Assembly: GCA_965655095.1 (NCBI GenBank)
Contig: OZ296651.1
Location: forward strand, 5,642,001-5,706,000
Direction: 5' to 3'
Source of the DNA: Haplodiscus bocki
Lineage: Eukaryota
DNA length: 64,000 bases
Notes under the pieces: model-generated
The model's database searches: none
What the model saw: the letters and a program-made list of their open reading frames with translations, nothing else
What the model was told of the DNA's origin: nothing
Part shown: one piece after another, positions 36,151 through 48,660 of the stretch
How the letters are laid out: every line of letters starts with the position of its first letter
How positions within the stretch are numbered: the first letter of the stretch is position 1
Made by a program: the position numbers and the translations under genes

Positions 36151-38206
36151 AAACAATATCAATCATTAGAGATTGTTTTCTATCGAAAATGAGTGAACTA
36201 TCGTATTGGGATACTGTGGCTGCCATATGTCCCATCAAAATTCAATTTTGAGTCTACTCTCACATCAAAAGAAACTGAGAAAAAGACCAGGATCTGCCAA
36301 AACACACCATGTCTATGTAGCCACCAAACCAGAAAAAAATCAGCCACGACACGACTCGAATCTGCAATCTTTTACATAGGACTCAGACACCTTCTCCATT
36401 AGGCCATGCCCTCACGTTCGAGATGTCTTCAAAGCTTCATGCAAACACGCATCAAGATAAGGTTTAACTCATGACAAACAAAAAGGATAAGAAGGACTTG
36501 ATATATCGCAACATCGAAGTGTTCGCTGCGTAACTAATCAGAAATCAATATACGGGCCATATCGATTTGAACAAACTGAAGCGACGCGCCTGCAGGTGTA
36601 CAGAGTTACTCGCGAACCGGAAGCAAAAAGTGAGCATACTTTTCACGAGATCAGGAACCAGGAAAGCACTCTCCCTCAAAACATTTTACACCGGCGACTC
36701 GACATAGTCAAATTTGAAGTGACCAGCACCAAAAAAATGCTTAGGCATTCAATTTACGGAAAGACAAAAACAATATCTATCATTAAAGATTGTTCTTCAT
36801 TCAAAATGAGTGAACTATCGTAGTGGGATAGTGTGGCTGCGGCATGTCCCATCAAAATTCAATTTTGAGTCTACTCCCACATCAGAAGAAACTGAGAAAA
36901 AGACCAGGATCTGCCAATACACACCATGTCTACGTAGCTACCAAACCAGAAAAAAATCAGCCACGACACGACTCAAACCCGCAATCTTCAACTTAGGAGT
37001 CATAGGCCTTCTCCATAAAGCCAGGCGACTGACGTTCTTTGCCAGGCCTTCGAAGCTCCATGAAAACACGCATCAAGATAAAGTTCAACTAATGTCAAAT
37101 GAAAAGATCAACAGAGGCTTGACATATCGCCACATCAAAGAGTTCGTTGCGTTTCAACATCAGAAGTAAATATACGGGCGATATCGGTTAGGGCAAACTA
37201 AATAGGCCGGCCTGAAGATATACACATATACTCGCGAACTCCAGGCAAAAAGCGCGCATAGTTTCCAAAAAATCAGGAACCAGGTAAGCATTCTGCCTCA
37301 AAACATTTCACACCAGCGAGTCGACATAGTCAAATTTGAAGTGACCAGCAACAAAAAAAAGTTTAGGCAATCAATTTACGGAAAGACAAAAACAATAACT
37401 ATCATTAAAGATTGTTCTTCATTGAAAATGAGTGAACTATCGTAGTGGGAAAAGTGTGGCTGCGACATGTCCCATAAAAATTCAATTTTGGGCCTACTCT
37501 CACATCAGAAGAAACTGAGAAAAAGACCAGGATCTGCCAATACACACCATGTCTATGTAGCCACCAAACCAGAAAAAAATCAGCCACGACACGACTCGAA
37601 CCCGCAATCTTCTACTTAGGAGTCATACGCCTTCTCCATGAAGCCAGGGGACTCAAGTTCTTTGGCAGGCCTTCAAAGCTCCATGCAAGCACGCATCAAG
37701 ATAAGGTTCAGCCCATGTCAAAAGAAAAGAAAAACAAAGACTTGATATATCGCCACATCGAAGAGTTCGTTGCGTAAATTAATCAGAAGTTAATAGACGC
37801 GCTATGCCGGTTAGGAAAAACTAAACAGACAGGCCAGCAGATATACACAATAACTCGCGAACCCGAGGCAAAAAGTGCCAATAGTTTCCAAAGTTCAGTA
37901 ACCAGGAAAGCATTCTCCCTCGAAAAAATTTAAATCAGCGCTTCGACATACTCAAATTTCAATTGATCAGCAACAAAATGAGGTTTAAACTTTTAATTTA
38001 GGGAGGGACAGAAAAACAATGTCTAACATTAAAGAATGTTCTTGATCGAAGAAGGGTGAACTATCGTGATGTGATAGATTGGCTGTGACATGTCCAATGA
38101 AAAATCACTTTAGAAACTCCTCCAACAGCTGAAGAAACTGGAAACAAGACCAGATTGTGCCAAGCCACAACATGTCTACGTAGCTGCCAAACCATAAAAA
38201 ACAGAA

Positions 38207-38279
38207 CAGCAATGTCAGGACTCGAACCCGCAATCTTGTCCTTAGGAGGCAGACGCCTTCTCAATTATGCCACGCTGCT
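38207..38279 (-). pseudogene. tRNA-Arg(CCT) pseudogene, last clearly recognisable copy
   Basis: Retains TCTGC CTCCTAA and GCGGG TTCGAGT CC; the acceptor and anticodon 3' strands have diverged. Confidence 0.75.
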
Positions 38280-39510
38280 CACGTTGTTCGGCAGGCCTTC
38301 AACACTCGAAGCAAACACGCATCAAGATAAGGTTTCACTGATGGCAATTAAAAGATTAACAAAGACTTGATATTTTGCAACCTCGAAAGGCTCATTGCGT
38401 GAGCTAGTCAAGAAAAAATATACGAGCTATTTCTCTTACGACGAACTCAGAAGACGGCCTGCAGAAATACACAAATGTTGGCGAGCCCGTTAGAGGAAAA
38501 GTTCGCGTATTATCCGAAAGTCCAGGAACCCGGAAAAAACTTTCAAAACTTCTCATACCAGTGCGCCGACAGAATTATATTCGAAATGACCAGCAACTGA
38601 CTGATAACAAAAATTACAACGTACGAAGAGATAGAGAAACAATGGCTCCCATTAGGGAATGTTCCTGATCCAAGAAGAATGGACCAATATAATGGCATAC
38701 TGCGGTGCTAACTTGTCCAATAAAAAACTTTGAGCCTCCTCCAACAGCTCTTCCCAAAAACTGAGAGCAAGAACAGTTTCTGCTAATTCTACGAAAAAAA
38801 CATCTATGACGCAACTCCAACCAGCAATCTTCTACTAATGAGGCATACGCCTTATCTATTACACCACGCAGCTCAAGTTTTTCTGCAGGCCCTAATACAC
38901 ACAGACTCACAGTGAGATATTGTTTAACTCATGTGAGCCGGAAAAAGGTGTGACTCGACAAATCATGACATCGAAGTCATCGTTGCGTAAACCAATGAAG
39001 AGTAATCATACGCGCTAAAACTGCTAGGGCAAAGTCGGAAGAACGGCCTGTAGACACAAACACTGGTGAGCCCCAAATAGCAAACAGATTGCAAAGGATC
39101 AGGAACATTGAAAGTGCATTCCATCAAAACTTTTTTACAACAGACCCTCGACACAGTAATATTTCACATGACGAGCAACTGAATGAAGTCAAAACATTCA
39201 AAGTACGGAGAGATTAAAAAACATTGGCTCTCAATAAGCAATGTTCATGATCCAAAGTGAATGAACTATGGTAGTGGGATGGTGCGGTGTTAAAACTTCC
39301 AATAAATTTCGAGTACGAGTTTCCTCCAACAAATGAAGAGGCTGAAAACAAGAACGGATTCTGCCTATTCACACCACAGTCAAAACAATGCCAAACCAAA
39401 CAAAATCCAAAACTTCCACGATGCGACTCGAACTCACAATCTTGTACTAAGCAGGTGTACGCCGTATCTATTAGGCCACACGCCTCAAGTTATCCTGCAG
39501 GTTTTAAAAG

Positions 39511-39538
39511 CCCCCCCCCCACACACACACACACACAC
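39511..39538. repeat. C10(AC)9 microsatellite within the last array unit
   Basis: Read directly: cccccccccc acacacacac acacacac. Confidence 0.9.
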
Positions 39539-40499
39539 TCAACGAGATACGGTTTACTCATGCAGGCCAAAAAATTGTAGGACTTGACATATCAAAACAT
39601 CGATGTCATCGTTGGGTAAACTAATCAAGATTAAATATACGGGCTAAAGCTCCCACTACAAACTCGGATGACAAGCCAGTAGAGACAAAAATCTTGGCGA
39701 ACCCGTTTGAGTGAATAGTTTGCGTAGTTTCCAAAGCTGCAGGAACCGGGAAATAACTTTACGGCAAGATTTTCTGCAAGATTGCGTTTGCCTTATCAAC
39801 CTCAGCGCTGATAGTTCAAAAGTACACATTTAAATTTAAAACAGGATATGACTAACCTTGTAACAGCTACAGTGTGTATAGCAATAACAGCAACAGAAAG
39901 GGTAAAAATGAGCAATAAATAGAGGACAACAAGCAAATTACGCAACATTTCGACAGAGTCAAAAAGCCCATGTACCATAATGCAATGCCGTTCAGGTCAA
40001 ATCGGGTTGGGCTCTAGCAATGAGGTAGACCGACCGCGCAACCATTCCGGCCTTTCTTCTGGAGCCAGGTAGAAAAAAGAGCAGACTTTTTGGTTTATCG
40101 TGTTCAAAAGTTTGTTGGTTTCTCAAATAAAAGACAGATCAGTGTTGGAAAAGTTTTGCGAAAGTTTGAACACCTTGAAGCATGAAATCAGCAAACGATC
40201 CGAGAATCATGCTTGAAAAGTGAGAAAAAAAATATTTATTGAAACTTGAAATTCCTTGTCATCTATACATGTAATTTAATACCATTTAAATTTTATAATT
40301 CCTTCAACTATCTGTTCTGCACTAACACCTAATTGTGTTGGAAAAACAAAAAACCTACAAGCCTGATCCACCCAAATCTAAAAATTACCATCCAATTCCT
40401 TCTTCCATCCTCGTCTGTAACGGAGCCCCCAGCAGCCGTAGAGTTCTTCCAGGCCAGATTCAGAATGTGGAAAAGATAGGAATCGAAAATGGAACTGCT

Positions 40500-40885
40500 A
40501 ACGCACAAGAACAAAGAAGATTTTGCATGCACAATCTCATACAATTTCTCTCCGCATTATCAACAGTAGAGCGAATGTAGCTCCTGGAATTTTGAGCTAA
40601 ACAACAAATGGTGCTAGAACTGTTATAAAATTGCGTCAGCAACGTTTAATGATGGGAAAGGAACAAGGACCGGAGCAAAGGGAAGTGTATCTATAGTTGG
40701 TTGGATGCTTTATTGATGCTCTTACTCTAAGTGCTACAAAACTTGCAATGAGATTGACTATATGCACAAATAATATACGGCGAATGTCAGTCTGTGGTGT
40801 GGTACAGAAAAAAAAGTTATCATGTATTGGTTTCATTGTCAATTCAACAAGGGCTGTGTCAGGATTTCAAGGAGCTTTGCTATAG
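40500..40885 (+). pseudogene. Possible decayed Cys-rich (PAN/apple-like) domain pair
   Basis: The frame from 40501 reads ...SECSSWNFELNNKWC*NCYKIASATFNDGKGTRTGAKG...CSYSKCYKTCNEIDYMHK*YTANVSLWCGTEKK. After a shift in the A-run it reads LSCIGFIVNSTRAVSGFQG. This is pattern recognition only and includes several stops. Confidence 0.25.
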
Positions 40886-43800
40886 CGAAGTGTTGTAGAA
40901 ACAACGTTTTCAGAAAAAATACATAGTATGTTAGTTTCTCTTGGCTCCAAAAAATGAATGCATATTGACAAGCCAATGGCATCTATTGCCACATTTAACC
41001 AACACTAAGGGTGAGCTCGTTTCGTCAAACCTAAGAAAAACAGATTTGCAGTAGGCGTAAGATGAGTTGTTCGTGATTTGAACTTGATGTTTTGATTACT
41101 TCACACTACAAAACCAACCGATTAAAAATCATAAACTTGAAACTAGAGGCAAAAATGTTTTTGCATGCGACCCAGATAATTTTTTTATTAAACAACCAAT
41201 GGCTTGCCGAAAACTTTCAACCTAAATTTCATATCGATAAGCATTAATTGAACAAATTTTCAGAAACTAACAAACAAATTTCAGTCGAAAAAAAACGAAG
41301 CATTAAAATGCCGATTGGAAAATGGGCATCGCTTAAACCAATTTACACATTATAGGTTTTTGATAGAGCCTCGAAAAAAGAAAATGAGTAGGTAGTTTAG
41401 GAGAAAAATTATTGTTTGTATCGTATTTCTAGAAAATGAAACCAATATTTGGTAAGATTCTAGACTAAGGTTAGGACTTCGAAAAAAAATGAAAGGAATC
41501 CTCAGAAAAAGATCCAAAAAAATCGTTCAACATAAAACGATCTCTTTTGTGTTGAACGATTGTGTTCTGGATGAAAAAGGTTGAAAGGGTAGTTCAAAAG
41601 CAAAACAACGGTTTCGAAGAGACGTTTCGACTGCCATTTTCCAAAACTAAAACAATCTCCGATATGTAGCGGACTTATACATTAAACCAGTCGATTAGGC
41701 CGAGAAAGAGAAGAACCGACATGGGTATTTCAAGAACAAGAATTCGATAGATTGACTAAACATGACACAACACGCAAAAGTAGTTTTGTTTGATCCATCC
41801 ATTCTAGAAAAAAAACTCAAAAATGCTGCATACCAATCGATCTACATATCATAAGCTTTCGATAAGGATCAGATAATAGAAAACGAGTCTTCAGCTTAAG
41901 CGAAAGTCCTTCTGACAATTTGATTGGAATCGACATCATTTCAATTTGGAACTATCTTTGGACCACTTCTAGAAAACAAAACAACCTCTAAAAAGTTCTT
42001 TCAAATCGATTAACAAGTAGATTGAGCCTCAGATAACCATTTCCAATGCAAAGTTTGAGGTAAAAAAAAAACAAAACATAAACTATATCTCATTTTTTTT
42101 TCTCGGAAAATAACTGCCATTGACGTAAAAACTTTATAAATTTGAAGAAACCGAAACGTAAACGACTGCATGTAAAGTGATCTTACAATCTTAGACATTA
42201 TTTTCACTCAGAAGTACAAAACCAATCGTCAAAAAAGCAACTACTCACGAAATGCAAGCAGACCAGTAGCCGCCACACTGTCTCGTACTCAAAAACTTGA
42301 TATGTCAATGATGCTTCTCAGATGAAGCCTTTTCAAAGTCCGCTCCGAAAGAAACACAGAGACGAAAGTGTACAGCGCATACACTTTCAACCAGGGTGAG
42401 ACGTGTAAAGAATAACTGCCACCGACGAAAAGGGGTCAATTAATTGTCCTAAAAAGTCAACATAGTAAAGCCACAAAATTGCTTGCACTGGACCTATTAT
42501 CAGGATTCAAAGTCAGAAGGGAAGCTGCGATTTGCAACAGTTGCACCTATGGAACACCAAAAGAAAGGATTCAATGTATACTTCCCGAAGACACCACCGA
42601 GATATACTGATCGGACAATTAAACAGAAACCTGAAAACCCCAAGGTAAATCTCATAAACATATATACAAGTATAACAAAATCGCTTTATTTTCAAAACAA
42701 GGACACACGCGGGAAAAAGGCACGGCACTCGAATTTTGGCAATTGCGGGGAAGCGCATGAAGAAACTTTTGCAAGTGAGAGCGCCTGAACAAAATCTAGC
42801 TTAAATAAAAACTGGTAAAAATGTTAGTTGTGAACAGATCGAAAAAACAGCAGAAACCTGCGATATCAAACTGGCTGGGGCGAAAGGAAGTAGACTTCGA
42901 ACGGCTGCCATCTAACCTATAGTTTCAGGAAAAAAAAGTTTGAAAGAAGAGACAAAAAAATATTCGAATCTCAAAGAACAAGTCAAAATATTTCATGAGT
43001 AAAACCTAAAAAGATCGAGACAAGTTATGCCTGCTTATTTCACAGAATCTATATCGCGGGGTTTCGAATGAGCACTGAAAGACTGCAACCCAACCGGTCA
43101 TCTTGGGTGAAAACGTTTTCTTTTTCAAAGACGCGAGAAATCTCAAATCTGAGATTACCAGTCATATATTACACGGAAGGAACAGAAAGGTATCTGCGAC
43201 TTGTCGAGAAAATCACCATAGAGCGGGATTTTGAATGAGCACTGGTTGGTCGCGGTCCAACTAGTTGTCTGCCAGAGAAAACTTCGAGATAAGACGCAAG
43301 TCTACATTCTTCGTAGTTCAAACTGCAGTTGGAGGACAAATTGTGTCAAAGGTATGAAGAGACACATCTGGATTCTCCACATGTTCACCCTATTGTGGGA
43401 TCAAAGTCAATGCTGTATGGCCGCAATCCAACCAGTAGTAATTTGACAAAAAAGATTGAAGTAAAAACGGAAACACATTTTCAGAATTTACGTACCACAC
43501 AGTAAATTCATCAGAATTGAAAAATATGAAAATACGGAAATGGAGAAGGTTCCACTCTGTAATTTCCTACCTTTTGTAGTAGCCCTTGTATCCATGAGTA
43601 TATGAACGCAGATCAAAGAGTGAATAAGTGACAAAAATAAATAGGACTAGATTTTACAGTAAAAGAACGGCAAATAAAAGCGGGCACAAGTTTTAGTGAA
43701 ACAATGTCTGTGCATCTGTTCCCTGTCTATCGGTTGACATAATCTGCAATCACGCTCCTCCACAGCAAGCTGGACAAGCGAGCCAGGTGCGATTTCCTGT

Positions 43801-46800
43801 AGCTTAGTAGTGAATAGCCGTTGGTTTTTGAACCATATAGAAGATTGACATCCTACTGTTTAACTCTTGATGGTACCAAGTATAACACAGAAGCAAAGCT
43901 GCATTTCGCAAAAACTCGCCTGAAACTGAAAACCTGCTCCAACTGTACTGATCCCCAACGAAAACATGTTTGCTTCATTCTAAAATCTTCTGCAGCCAAT
44001 TTTCAGAGAGAAAATTTTACCAAAGAGGATATGTGAAATGCAGTTGTTCAAAAGGAATCGAAATTCTCTTTGTTCAGGGAGCAAGAAACATAGCGCAAAA
44101 ACCTGTATTCGCCCAAAAAACTTTTCAAAAAGCAACAAACAAATTTCACCTTCGATCTGTAAGTGAACATATAAAAGGTAGAATATAGAAACAGGACGCC
44201 AGAGCCCAACCTTTAGGGGTGACACGGCGCGAAAAACCAACACTCACACATCAAAGAGCTTTTCTAAGAAGCAAGAAGTCGACGTAGCGTTGCAGAGAAG
44301 CAAAATGCCACAGGTAAATTCCAAAAAAGACGCAAAAAAACATCCGAATGCAAGAGTGAAAACAAATACCCTTCTCAGCAAAGAAAAGGCAGATAAGCTG
44401 AGAAGATACGAAAATAAAAAATCAGTCATGAGGAAAGAAGCCATATACGACTATCATTGAGAATATCTTCATCGTCGTCAAAAAAGTTTGACGGTTCGAA
44501 AACAACTTAGGATAATTTGGAACAGGTGTTCAAAATTCTCCATGCCGGCTGCTTTTCAGAAAACAATAAGTTTTTTCAAACTAATTGACTTTGCCCTAGT
44601 GACTCAATGTGGCAACTAGTCAGTGAGTACAAAGATATGATCAGAAACGAGCAGGAAATATTTGATTTTTTTTGAACACAAGAATTCATTAAAAAAAGTT
44701 GAATGCAGCTGCTCCCTCAACTTATATCTGACAAGTAGTTGAATCTGCCGTAGGCGTAACCAATCGGATAAGTACTCATTAGGAGAAACCGTTTTCATGA
44801 ACAACACCAGAAAAACATCTCGATTTTACGATGAAAAGTTGAAAAAGTTCGAGATAAAAGTTGAAAATAAGAGAGTCTGACTAATTCTCAGAAAATGCAG
44901 GCACAGAGTAGTAGAACCAGTGTCAGATGAGTCCAAACCTACACATAGACACAGGAAAAAACTTGAAAAAACTTAAACAAGGAGAAGAATTCAATTACAA
45001 CAGGCCAACGAAACTAGTCCACATAAACTTTTAGGCCCTTAGTACTCGAATCAAGGCTGGATGGACCCATCTGACACCTTCTCTTTGACAAAAACAGTTT
45101 TAACGATTAACGCAAGTGGAAACATTCTTGAAATTTTAATTGAAGTTCTGTTTTTTTTTTCGCGGAAAAATCACAATAGTTTTTGTCCCCGTCACTAAAC
45201 AAACTTTTGCCACGTAAGCGTTTAAAAAACCATTACACAGAAAAAAGCCAGAAAGAACGTTGAAAATACACGTAAATAGAACTTCTTCAACCTCGATCAA
45301 AAAACGCAGCTGTAATTTACTAGAACGGGTAATAGTTGTAAGCTTGCAAGCAAGATGAGATGGCGAAATTGATAGAGCGAAGGCTTCCGGAGTCAGAAGT
45401 GGCGGTTCAAAGTACTACACCAAATGAAAATACTTCTCAAGAATGCAAAGAAGGCGAGCAATAACTCAACAGAAAAAAAAACAAAAACAACGGAGTCAAC
45501 AGAGGGAAACTGCGCAAGTCTAACTAAGAGCGGAAGCTGCGCTGCGAAACACTTGCAAAGAAAGCGAGACACGAAATCGACGGAAGTCTCTTAAATCTTG
45601 TAGAATTTCCGTTTTGAAAAACAACATTTACAGATAAAAAAACTGAGAAGCAATCTCAATTCTGAAGATTCAAGTTAAGCAGTGGATGGCCGCAATCCAA
45701 CCAAAATCTCTCGAAAAAAATAACCTCGGAAAACAACGCACTCCAAACAAATTTCAACATTCCAAGCGTAAGTCAAACAATGGCGCCTAAACAATTTCAT
45801 ACAGGAAATCTCCGGAAATCAACAGAAAATCTAAACTATTGGCTTTTGAATGTGCATTAGATGGTTCCAATCCGATCCATACCTTCAAGTAAACAACTCT
45901 TAATTTATTTGAAACAACGCAATTAATTTCATTCGACATTCAAGTTAAAAGCAAGCAACTGAGCGTTAGAAACCTCATTAAACACATCTATGATTGTTCG
46001 TCGATTTTCCATAATACAAGATTTTATTCTCCACGGGTGGCCTCGAACAAATAGTCTCAAAGAAAAACAACCTGGAAGAAAGGCTTAACAAAAAAAATTG
46101 AAGAGGCTACCAATAAAAAGGAATAATTTCGCGAGGCAAGAAAAAGCGGGAGGTCACTGGCGTATTAGATTCTCCATACTGCGAAATTTTGGAGGCTGCA
46201 CTCTAATGAGCATGAAAACAGGAAAAACGCAAGTAAAATGTTTTTGAACATCAAAACTACCAGTAAAAATGTTTCACGTAAGGAAATTGAAAAAGGACAT
46301 CCTTTGTTTTTCAAAGATTTTTCATATTGTTCAAACTTTCAAGTGGGCAATAGATGACTGCAATCTGACAAGTATCCATAAAGAAACAAGTTTCAGAAAG
46401 ATGCATGTTGAAACATTTTAAAACTTTCTACTGGAACTCAACATAATTCGCGTGAAAAGTATGAAACGGGACACGCCCGGAGCTTCTTAGACTCTACTTA
46501 TTACGGGCCGTTGAATGGGCACTGGATGACCGCAATCCAAAAAAAAACAATCTTTGAGGACAATCTTTGACGCAATCCAAAAAACTGTGACATGGACAAC
46601 TATGAAAAAAACGCAAAAGTATTCTCAATTTCAAACTACAAGTTAAGACAAATTTTCTGAAGTTTGAACACGAAATCTTTTGCGAGGTTCCGAACGACCA
46701 TCGAATGGCGACAATTGAACAATTAGCCTTCGAGGTAAACGACAGAAGAAAATGGGCCACCATCGCGGTTCGAACATCGAAGCATTTGGAATCGCGAAGA

Positions 46801-48394
46801 TTCTATGGAAAACAAATTGTTTCAGATTTGATTGTTTTGTGTTCCACTTTTCCGCAACTTATTTTTCGTGACCTTACGAATGATCGACAAACCTGAATTC
46901 CGCTGAGTTATTTCTGGAAAACGATGACTTTTGCTTAAACTTTCTGTGACCAAAATCCAGAAAGGCGTTGTGGGGAAATCTCTTCTCCAAATCCATCAAA
47001 GTCTACAAAAATTTTGCGCAAGAGGCTACCACAAAAAGTGTCGAAACTCCAAAAACATCACACTGAAACTTGAGCCTTTCTTGCAATAAATCTTATATCT
47101 TCTGGTAAACTGTTACATATGTCCTTACAGATTCTTTTTGCAAACGTAACTGATAACTATAATCAAAAAGTAAAAATTCATAATTCATAATAGTAAAAGT
47201 AGGTACTTCTGATTTACTTCCAACAAGAGGATAAATTGAGATGGACTGACTTTGAAAATAATTGCGTATTCAGCAACATTAGTCTGTTTGTATTATATTA
47301 TTTTGATTAATTAGAAAGAAAGTTAACGACTCAAAGCAAAGTGCGAAAATTCTCGACCAATCGCGAAAACTGACACTTTGGCTGACTTAAAACAAAAACG
47401 AGCAATTTTCGACAGAGGTCGGAAAACTTTTCTCCAATATGGTTTTTTTGTTGATTATTGTTGCTTCCATGCAATATTAGAAGATTTGCCAGTCGAAAAG
47501 CAACAAATGAACTTCGGTCTTTTCTTACAAAAAAAACGAACTTTTCCGCACAAAAAAAAGAAACATGTCAAAAATAATACGTTGGTATGAATTCACTCAA
47601 ATTCAGCACGGAAAAAGTAGTTTTTCATTTTGTGGGGGAAAACAGCGAAATTTCCGGCGAAAACAAAAAATAGCAAATTTTGAATGAGGTTGACTAAAAT
47701 GCGAAAACCCTTCTCTTACTACTAGAGTCACCGTTTCCAATGTTTTGGTGGGGTTGATTATTCAGTAAGTAGTCCTTTAGCGCCTGTAGGCGCCACTACA
47801 GCTTAAGCGTCAATTGAGTTGAAATCGTCAAATGAGGCAGAAATGTCCGCGACAAAAGAAAGTCATCTTTGTCAATGTCAAAATTTAGCAACATAGATTT
47901 AAAGGAAAAAAGTTTTCTATTTCTCCCCTTGGCTATGATATTAAAAACGCGCCGCAAAAAACTTCTCGAGCTCCAAAATACAAGTCACAAAATTTTTCGA
48001 GGCAGGAAAAAACCGGAAGTTCCTGGGTAATTACTCCATTCACAGCCCCATTGCTGAAAAAACCAACGTTCTAGAATGGAAACGGCATGAACACTTTAAA
48101 TGGAGAACCAGACAGCATCCAGAAAATATCGACACATAGCAAAATATCGCAAAAGAGAGTTTCGAACGATTCACAAAGTAATAACTGCCCCTCGAACGTA
48201 ATAAAGTTGAAACTAGAGCATAGCCGCCCAAAGCGGATAGGTCTTCGGAAAAATTTTGTAATAACCATTGGGTCCCCCAAAACTCTTATTCCTTTTTCCC
48301 GCGAATTGGCATGAATGAATGCAGAAGTTCCCAGGGTTTACACTTTAATATGTATATTGACCGGGGAAAAGTTTCATTTTTGGTTTGCTCGTTC

Positions 48395-48660
48395 TCACCG
48401 CTATTATGATGGTACGTATGGTCCCTCCTGTACTCCACACAGCTTTGCTGCGTTTTGAAAAAGACTTGAAAATTTTCAAATGCCGCATGAATTCTTTATT
48501 TCGGACGAGGTCGTAAAATGTGGTACGAAAAAGCGTAAAAACAAAACAAAAACTGAGTAACACTATAGTAACAAGGAGTATAACTAAATTTTTCCGATGT
48601 CCTAAAAAGTTGTTAATCGTCTTAATACAGAAACTGAAATTCATTTCAGCATCAATAATG
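48395..48660. repeat. Copy of a diverged dispersed repeat (others at ~51765-51910 and ~51950-52205)
   Basis: Colinear shared motifs: tattatgatggt, ctcctgtactcc, ttcaaatgccg, ggacgaggtcg, caaaaac(t/c)gagtaacact, ttttccga. Confidence 0.75.

Larger units (their letters stand above)
1..39772 (-). repeat. Tandem macrosatellite of ~615-bp units, each containing one tRNA-Arg(CCT)-derived gene or pseudogene (~56 units), interrupted by two LINE insertions
   Basis: Landmarks recur every ~610-630 bp: gttctccatcgaaaa(t/a)gagtgaactatcgtag, ggactcgaaccc, catcaagata, cgttgcgtaa. Left coordinates of the 73-nt minus-strand tRNA-like modules: 398, 1020, 1637, 2250, 2864, 3481, 4098, 4711, 5325, 5940, 6553, 7167, 7782, 8394, 9009, 9621, 10236, 10847, 11462, 12095, 12663, 13284, 13905, 18979, 19601, 20225, 21540, 22151, 22782, 23406, 24032, 24558, 25180, 25796, 26409, 27025, 27639, 28260, 28873, 29490, 30102, 30724, 31343, 31962, 32582, 33204, 33827, 34460, 35084, 35717, 36341, 36958, 37581, 38207, ~38800, ~39412. 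Similarity fades at ~39,770. Confidence 0.97.

Noticed and set aside
60-39587. Dozens of 60-120-aa ORFs repeated through the array
   Set aside because: They are translations of the satellite unit. Frames open and close with A-run length changes, many lack an ATG, and several run antisense through the tRNA module.
1-39772. CRISPR array or prokaryotic repeat system
   Set aside because: The whole ~615-bp unit is repeated with no unique spacers and no cas genes. The tRNA type and the LINEs are eukaryotic.
1-39772. Tandem array of a tRNA-headed SINE
   Set aside because: An oligo-T terminator follows the tRNA 3' end within about 10 nt, so no SINE body would be transcribed. Units have no tails or target-site duplications and include the tRNA 5' flank.
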